A DNA stretch of 32,000 bases from positions 224,189 to 256,188 of the forward strand of contig CAZXEQ010000003.1 of assembly GCA_964640155.1 (NCBI GenBank), written 5' to 3'. Made by a program: the position numbers and the translations under genes. The notes beneath the pieces were generated by a model that searched no databases, had not been told where the DNA came from, and was given only the letters and a program-made list of their open reading frames with translations. Of this stretch, positions 26,966 through 32,000 are shown piece after piece. Position 1 is the first letter of the stretch. Every line of letters starts with the position of its first letter. This stretch comes from an uncultured bacterium (GTDB lineage Bacteria; Auribacterota; JACPWU01).

Positions 26966-27636
26966 ATTTGTCCATCGCGTAAGTTTTTGTCAGATACTTT
27001 TTCCCCATTTTCAAATGTTATCCATCGTGTGCCTAATGTTTCACTAATCGAAGACTGATGGGTTGAAAGTATGAAAGATTTTCCTTCAGACACATGGTCG
27101 TTTAGTTTTTGATTCAAAAGAGCGCTTGCCGCTTGATCTAAATGTGCATGAGGTTCATCTAACAGTAGAAGACAGGGATAATGAAGAAAAGCCCTTGCAA
27201 GATCAGCTCTTTGTTGTAATCCCCTGGATAAAGTACGTACACGTTTGTTGAAATGGGGTTCAAGATTGAATTCTTGAATCATTTCCTGAGTTCTTTTTTT
27301 TCTGTTTTGAATTTGATAAAGACTTGCAAAAAAAAGAAGGTTTTCTTCAATGGTCAAATCTTGATAGAGATGGATGTTGTGTCCTGCAAATCCGATATTC
27401 CTTTTATAATCAATTTTCTGATGGGAAATTTTCTTGTTTTGATAAAGAATTTCTCCTTGGCTGGGTTCTGTTAAAAGGGCAAGAACTCTCAAAAAAGTTG
27501 TTTTCCCTGCACCATTTTTACCAAGCAAAATAATCGCTTCACTTTTATGAATATTAAATTCGATGTTTTTGAGGGCTTGAACAAAGCCAAAATACTTGGT
27601 GAGTTTGTGAACAGATATTTCAAGGGAAGGGTTCAT
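26962..27636 (-). CDS. ccmA: Haem exporter ATP-binding protein CcmA
   Basis: Has Walker A 'GKNGAGKTT', signature 'LSRGLQQR' and Walker B 'LLLLDEP'. It is short, with no TM, and lies directly upstream of ccmB and ccmC. Confidence 0.8.
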   Translation of the reverse strand: MNPSLEISVHKLTKYFGFVQALKNIEFNIHKSEAIILLGKNGAGKTTFLRVLALLTEPSQGEILYQNKKISHQKIDYKRNIGFAGHNIHLYQDLTIEENLLFFASLYQIQNRKKRTQEMIQEFNLEPHFNKRVRTLSRGLQQRADLARAFLHYPCLLLLDEPHAHLDQAASALLNQKLNDHVSEGKSFILSTHQSSISETLGTRWITFENGEKVSDKNLRDGQI

Positions 27637-28766
27637 TTTTTAAAAAAATAAGCAAGTTGGCTTTTAATTACATCTTTTTGCGTTTGATATTCTTTCGAAG
27701 AAATTTTTCCTTTTTGAAAATACTCGTTTAAGTGAAGAAGAGCTTTTAGGAGATTTTCTTTTTGATCTATATTTTGATTAGATTTGGGCTTCAGAAAAGC
27801 GACCCAACTTCCAAAAATTAATATTAATAATATCCCGCTCGATAAAGGCAAAAGTAAAGATTGAGTTTTGTTAGGGATTCCGATGATTTGAGGTTCGATA
27901 GGCTCTGCTCCTCCTGAAAGTGCTAAAGTGATTGTTTCGTCTTTTTGAAAGGGTCCTCCTTGATAAAGAGCTAAACCTGCTTTTTCGTTACTATCTATCT
28001 TTTTGAAGCTATTGGAATCTAGGATCATGTCTGTGGGATATAACCCTAGATTTAGGAGGGCAACACTGTATGGAAGTATTTCAGTTAAAAGCATAGAAGG
28101 ATTTTGTGATTTAAGCTCATACCTAACTGTGATTTCTGTTTCTCCAGGTTTAATGGGATGTTGAATTGAAAAGAAGCTAGAGTTCGCAATAGGCTTTATT
28201 GTTTGTGGAATGGGCATCATCCCTGTAGAAACAGAAACATGAACTGATTCTTTTGCTTCTGCAGGAAGAAAAAAACGAAATGTTTCTTTGGGCTCAGTAA
28301 ATGTGTGAGGATTTTCAGAATTATTTTTAAGAATAAATATCTTTTGAATTTTAAAAATATTTTTTTCTTTAGCAATAATCCAATAAACTTTATCAAGGGT
28401 TATATTTTCTGAAGAAGAAGTAGTTTCATAAACTGTCGATCTAAGATTTTCAGAAAGAGCGTGTGAGGGTAGGGGTGTGTTGTAATTAACTCCCTGGAAA
28501 TTGACTTGAATAAGATAAGGGATGTTCTCTTCTCGTTCCACTCTTTCAAAGTGATATGTTCCATTATCAACTTTTTTTGTTTGAATTATTTTCATCCCAT
28601 CTTTTAACTCAATCAATCGAACTTCACATTCTTTTGCTGGCTGATGGGTGGTGCCGTTGATGATTTCACCTGTAATCGAAGAGGTTTTGGTGTTAGCTTG
28701 TGCTGGGGAAGTTAGGATGGTGACCAGGAGAATGGTCAGAAAACTAAAACTTGTTTTCTGTTTCAT
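27633..28766 (-). CDS. Uncharacterised ccm-operon protein: signal peptide, periplasmic beta-sandwich-like domains, C-terminal TM anchor and short cytoplasmic tail
   Basis: Has the signal peptide 'FSFLTILLVTILTSPAQA'. 'ITGEIINGTTHQPAKECEVRLIELKDG...DNGTYHFERV' resembles a carboxypeptidase-regulatory-like fold. The TM helix is 'LLLPLSSGILLILIFGSWVAFL'. The tail is 'LLKALLHLNEYFQKGKISSKEYQTQKDVIKSQL'. ATGA overlaps occur at both ends. Confidence 0.5.
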   Translation of the reverse strand: MKQKTSFSFLTILLVTILTSPAQANTKTSSITGEIINGTTHQPAKECEVRLIELKDGMKIIQTKKVDNGTYHFERVEREENIPYLIQVNFQGVNYNTPLPSHALSENLRSTVYETTSSSENITLDKVYWIIAKEKNIFKIQKIFILKNNSENPHTFTEPKETFRFFLPAEAKESVHVSVSTGMMPIPQTIKPIANSSFFSIQHPIKPGETEITVRYELKSQNPSMLLTEILPYSVALLNLGLYPTDMILDSNSFKKIDSNEKAGLALYQGGPFQKDETITLALSGGAEPIEPQIIGIPNKTQSLLLPLSSGILLILIFGSWVAFLKPKSNQNIDQKENLLKALLHLNEYFQKGKISSKEYQTQKDVIKSQLAYFFKK

Positions 28767-29170
28767 GCTTCACCTTTTTTTATCATTTTTTGTCCACATT
28801 GCGGACAGAATTTGGCATCTTCTGGAGGCAGACTTTGACATGAAGGACATGAAATTTTGATTTTTAACACAGAGAGTTCTTTTTCAATTTCCTGATCAAG
28901 TTTGTCCATTTCGCAGAGCACATAAGCTGCTTCTTGTTTGAATTCTCTGCGAATTCTTTCATAGTCCCCTTGGGAAACTTTCCCGATGGAATAATCCAAA
29001 TCAAGGTCTTGAAGATTTCTATAAGAAGTCAATTTTTTTTCCTGAAGATAGGTATAATTGGGATCTTCAAGAATCAGCGTTTGAACATTTTGTCGAGCTG
29101 TATAAAGAGGGAGTAAAATATAAATAATTGCACAAATAAGTGCGATGGCAAAAATAAATTCACTGATCAT
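28763..29170 (-). CDS. Uncharacterised ccm-operon protein: CcmI-N-terminal-like TM segment plus C-terminal zinc ribbon
   Basis: The N-terminal TM 'FIFAIALICAIIYILLPLY' and 'LQDLDLDYSIGKVSQGDYERIRREF' resemble the N-terminal module of CcmI. The C-terminal 'CPSC-x12-CPQC' is a zinc ribbon. No TPR domain is present. Confidence 0.5.
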   Translation of the reverse strand: MISEFIFAIALICAIIYILLPLYTARQNVQTLILEDPNYTYLQEKKLTSYRNLQDLDLDYSIGKVSQGDYERIRREFKQEAAYVLCEMDKLDQEIEKELSVLKIKISCPSCQSLPPEDAKFCPQCGQKMIKKGEA

Positions 29171-29672
29171 TTTTAAATTCCTTTAATTCTTTTTCAATCT
29201 GACAATCAAGTTCTTGATTAAGAGCGGGGGAGTGAGTTTGTAAAACATTTTTCTTGCGAAAGGATTTTAACAGAATGATTACAGTGGCCAGTCCAACGAT
29301 AAGGATAAGGCCTGGTATTATCCAGGCTGTTAAATGAAAACCTTGGACTGGAGGAGCTGAAAGAACTTTTAGGCCATGGGTTTTAACAAATCCATTGATA
29401 ATCATGTTGATGTCTTGACCTTGTTCAATTTTTTCTTCAATTTCTTTTCTCATGGGAGTGGCCGAAGGACAGTTTTCGTGATTGCAAACGGAAAGGATCA
29501 TCAAACAGCTACATTGGCAGACGAGTTTATCTGAAACCTGGTTGAATATTTTAATTTGATCTGTATTTAATTTAGCAGATTGAGTAAACCCATTTGAAAT
29601 AAGAAATAAGAAACATGAAACATGAAACATGAAACTCAAAGAGAGGGTGCTTCTTTTTTTATCTTGCTTCAT
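29160..29672 (-). CDS. ccmH: CcmH/NrfF-like cytochrome c biogenesis protein with a non-canonical Cys motif
   Basis: Has a signal peptide. 'MRKEIEEKIEQGQDINMIINGFVKTHGLKVLSAPP' plus a C-terminal TM helix follow the CcmH pattern. The LRCxxC site is replaced by 'LVCQCSCLMILSVCNHENC'. Confidence 0.65.
   Translation of the reverse strand: MKQDKKRSTLSLSFMFHVSCFLFLISNGFTQSAKLNTDQIKIFNQVSDKLVCQCSCLMILSVCNHENCPSATPMRKEIEEKIEQGQDINMIINGFVKTHGLKVLSAPPVQGFHLTAWIIPGLILIVGLATVIILLKSFRKKNVLQTHSPALNQELDCQIEKELKEFKNDQ
29593..29634. repeat. Heptanucleotide tandem array inside the ccmH signal-peptide region
   Basis: The + strand reads tttgaaa taagaaa taagaaa catgaaa catgaaa catgaaa. These are six consecutive 7-mers, with three perfect copies (29614-29634) and two perfect copies (29600-29613). 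They encode FMFHVSCFLFLIS on the minus strand. Confidence 0.85.
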
Positions 29673-31650
29673 GCTTTATGCCTCCTGCTTCTTTCATGGG
29701 TATTAATAGAATAAAAACACCAAACATAATTACTATTCCGCCAATCCACACCCATTGAACCAATGGATTTACATAGACTTGAATAATTGCTTTTTTCTCA
29801 TCTTCTGAAAATCCTGCAAACACAACATATACATCTTCTAAAACATTAGAATAAATAGCTACTTCAGAAGTAGGTTGTTCACTTGCTTTGTAAAAACGTT
29901 TTTCAGCTTCAAGTTTTTTAATGAATTTGTGATTATAAAATAGATCTAGACCCACGATAGCTGAGGTATAATTTTTATTATCTTCTTGAGTGATACCCTG
30001 ACTTATAAGCTCATATTTTTTAATTGAAAGTTTTTCTCCTGTGCTGATTTCACTTTTAATTTCTTGATTAAAAGCATTTCCTCCCACTCCCACAAATATC
30101 ATGACAATGCCTAAATGAACGACATAGCCTCCATAGCGACGAGCATTTTTGCGTGTGAGGTTGATGAGGGCAATCAATACATTCTCTCTTGTAGAGCGTA
30201 TTCTTGCCAAAGTTCCTCTATAAAACTCAAGAAAAACAGTGAGTATGACAAAAAATGAAAGAGTGAAACAAGTCCACGCATATAAGTGGTGAATACCCAT
30301 AAACCAAATGCTTGCACCCAAAATCATCGAAAGAATAATGGGTAAAGAAAAATTCTTTTTAAGGCTGGCCCAAGATGTTTTGCGCCAGGCTAAGAGAGGA
30401 CCTACCCCTGTTAAAAAAAGTAGAATGATGCCAATGGGAATGTTTACTTTATTAAAGAACGGGGCCCCCACTGTTATTTTTTGACCCTGAACCGCTTCAG
30501 AAATAATGGGAAATACAGTTCCCCAAAGAACGGCAAAGCAGGCTGTGAGTAATATCCAATTATTAAGTAAAAAACCTGCTTCTCGAGATAGAACAGATTC
30601 AAGCGTGTTCTCAGATTTTAGAAAAGAGATTCTTCTAAAAATAACAACAAAACAAAAGACTATAGCGATCATAAGAAAAACAATAAAATAGGAACCAATG
30701 GCGGAACGAGCAAAAGAATGTACAGAGCTTACAATGCCACTTCGTGTCAGAAATGTCCCAAAAATAGACAGAATAAATGTTAGTGCGACAAGAATCATAT
30801 TCCAAATTTTAAGCATGCCTTTTTTTTCTTGAATGAGGCAAGAGTGCAAGAAAGCTGTGGCTGTGAGCCAGGGCATGAGGGATGCATTTTCGACAGGATC
30901 CCAGGCCCAATATCCACCCCAACCGAGTTCTACATAAGCCCATTTGGCGCCCAAGAGAATTCCTGTCCCCAATAAGGCCCAGCTTACAATAGCCCATTTA
31001 CGAGTGGTGCGAATCCATTCTGTACTTTTATTTCGAGTGATGAGTGCTGCCATGGCAAATGCAAAAGGAGCAATCGTTCCAATGTATCCTAAGTAAAGAA
31101 TGGGGGGATGAATCAGCATGGCAAAATATTGCAAGAGCGGATTAAGGCCTTTCCCATCCTCGGGTTGATAGGGATAAATATGACCCTGGCCGTGATCAAC
31201 AACCAGTTCTTTAAAAGGATTGGCTACTACTGTGTTAAGAAGCAGAAAGAAAAAAGAAGTACTCATTAAGATGATGATGATCCAGGGGATTAAACCGATA
31301 TGACGGTGTTTATTTTGGAAAACAATCAGAGCGCTAAAACCCGTAAGAATCCAAGACCAAAAAAGAAGAGACCCTTCTTGTCCTCCCCAAAGGGCGGCCA
31401 GTTTATAAAAAGGGGACATGCTCGAGTTTGAAAATTGGGAGACATATTGAATATGAAAGTTATCGTTTAAAAGCTCTGTCCAAAGAGCAATGATAGCGAG
31501 AGTTACAAAAATCCAAACCATAAAAACAGAATGTCTGGCGCTTTGTATAAGTGAAAATCTTGTTTGTCGAGTTCCCATCCATGCAGCGATGATTGCATAG
31601 GCTGAAAAGGCGAAAGCACAGATGAGAGAGAGATTACCTAGGCTGGACAT
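29659..31650 (-). CDS. ccmF: Cytochrome c haem lyase subunit CcmF
   Basis: A large polytopic protein with the WWD motif 'WGGYWAWDPVENASLMPWL'. Its length and N-terminus 'LGNLSLICAFAFSAYAI' are typical of CcmF. Confidence 0.9.
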   Translation of the reverse strand: MSSLGNLSLICAFAFSAYAIIAAWMGTRQTRFSLIQSARHSVFMVWIFVTLAIIALWTELLNDNFHIQYVSQFSNSSMSPFYKLAALWGGQEGSLLFWSWILTGFSALIVFQNKHRHIGLIPWIIIILMSTSFFFLLLNTVVANPFKELVVDHGQGHIYPYQPEDGKGLNPLLQYFAMLIHPPILYLGYIGTIAPFAFAMAALITRNKSTEWIRTTRKWAIVSWALLGTGILLGAKWAYVELGWGGYWAWDPVENASLMPWLTATAFLHSCLIQEKKGMLKIWNMILVALTFILSIFGTFLTRSGIVSSVHSFARSAIGSYFIVFLMIAIVFCFVVIFRRISFLKSENTLESVLSREAGFLLNNWILLTACFAVLWGTVFPIISEAVQGQKITVGAPFFNKVNIPIGIILLFLTGVGPLLAWRKTSWASLKKNFSLPIILSMILGASIWFMGIHHLYAWTCFTLSFFVILTVFLEFYRGTLARIRSTRENVLIALINLTRKNARRYGGYVVHLGIVMIFVGVGGNAFNQEIKSEISTGEKLSIKKYELISQGITQEDNKNYTSAIVGLDLFYNHKFIKKLEAEKRFYKASEQPTSEVAIYSNVLEDVYVVFAGFSEDEKKAIIQVYVNPLVQWVWIGGIVIMFGVFILLIPMKEAGGIKHEAR

Positions 31651-32000
31651 AGGGCTCGGTAGCTATGGAACTCTTTTTTGTTTTTTGTTCCGCTTCATAT
31701 TTCGATGCACATTTGGCTTGGATTTTTTGTGCTAAGAAGATGCCATTATTATCCAAAGTTCCTTCAACCACAGCTTGACCTCCTTCTTTAAAAGTATCTG
31801 GAACAGGATCTCGGCCAATATAATGGACAGGTAGACTTAAAATTTCCTGCCCCCTGTCGGGGACTGCAGCAGCCTGCCCCCTAGCGGGGACTACAGAAGA
31901 TTGATGTATTGTGAAATAAAGGTCTGTCCCTTTTCTTTGGATAGAACCGTTTGTCACTTCACCTGCAACCCGAACACGTGTGCTTTTACCTTCAGCTTTC
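31634..32000 (-). CDS. ccmE: Haem chaperone CcmE, CxxxY variant; 5' end lies beyond the window
   Basis: The frame stays open upstream of the track's GTG (…KAEGKSTRVRVAGEVTNGSIQRKG…), so the gene continues past nt 32000. The OB-fold pattern 'RV.G.V..GS', 'VPDTFKEGGQAVVEG' and a C-terminal 'AKCASKY' are present where canonical CcmE has AKH..KY. Confidence 0.8.
   Translation of the reverse strand, partial: KAEGKSTRVRVAGEVTNGSIQRKGTDLYFTIHQSSVVPARGQAAAVPDRGQEILSLPVHYIGRDPVPDTFKEGGQAVVEGTLDNNGIFLAQKIQAKCASKYEAEQKTKKSSIATEPYVQPR
31846..31899. repeat. GC-rich 27-nt tandem repeat (2 copies) lying in-frame inside ccmE, each copy forming a hairpin
   Basis: The copies are cctgccccctgtcggggactgcagcag and cctgccccctagcggggactacagaag, matching at 23 of 27 nt. 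On the mRNA strand each contains GUCCCC-NNNN-GGGGGC, a 6-bp stem including one G-U with a tetraloop. They encode VVPARGQAA/AVPDRGQE. Confidence 0.85.

Noticed and set aside
12314-31000. Short ORFs opposite or out of frame within the minus-strand genes: 12314-12511, 13497-13733, 13944-14222, 15266-15544, 16869-17063, 18245-18442, 19684-19902, 21413-21637, 21432-21653, 22187-22480, 22491-22934, 24434-24643, 25211-25444, 25908-26120, 26637-27047, 27253-27474, 27324-27533, 28648-28860, 28934-29116, 30506-30691 and 30809-30997.
   Set aside because: Same reasoning as above. They are embedded in well-supported genes (Wzc, Wza, OMP, wecB, ilvB, cyclase, ccmA/B/C/F), have no motifs and show shadow-ORF composition.
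1-32000. Searched for CRISPR arrays, IS/transposase ends, integrases near the tRNA, toxin-antitoxin pairs and defence-system-like genes.
   Set aside because: None were seen. All large ORFs are accounted for by polysaccharide, amino-acid, transport, signalling and cytochrome-maturation functions. The only repeats are the three short ones reported.

Overview
AT-rich chromosomal segment from a diderm bacterium: it encodes an outer-membrane beta-barrel protein and a Wza-like exporter. I saw no rRNA, CRISPR array, transposase, integrase or phage genes. There are four blocks. (1) 1-11185 (+) is a nine-gene surface-polysaccharide biosynthesis operon: NodB-type deacetylase (5'-truncated), GT4, a Gfo/Idh/MocA-like oxidoreductase, a bi-domain oxidoreductase, a cytoplasmic heparinase II/III-like protein, a WbuB-like GT4, an SDR epimerase/reductase, a CapD-like dehydratase and a PglC-like phosphoglycosyl transferase. 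(2) 11197-17729 (-) is a convergent export/assembly operon: secreted protein, beta-barrel OMP, Wza-like exporter, Wzc-like tyrosine autokinase and an O-antigen-ligase-like protein with TPRs. (3) 18045-20875 (+) holds wecB and a WecA/MraY-family transferase with a long C-terminal extension, followed by tRNA-Ala(GGC) at 20913-20985 (-). (4) 21333-32000 (-) holds an acetolactate synthase large subunit, a CDF transporter and a HAMP/class III nucleotidyl cyclase. Packed directly upstream of the cyclase is a System I cytochrome c maturation operon, ccmE-ccmF-ccmH-[135 aa]-[377 aa]-ccmA-ccmB-ccmC-ccmD. The best candidate for something undescribed is this ccm operon. CcmE has Cys in place of the haem-binding His (CxxxY). 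The CcmH-like protein has a five-Cys motif instead of LRCxxC. Two uncharacterised membrane proteins are translationally coupled between ccmH and ccmA and share a tail motif. ccmE carries an in-frame GC-rich double-hairpin repeat. ccmH carries a heptanucleotide tandem array. A 42-codon ccmD is missing from the ORF track. In the polysaccharide block, the PglC-like transferase has Asn in place of the catalytic Asp. All functional calls rest on motif recognition by eye; no database search was possible.
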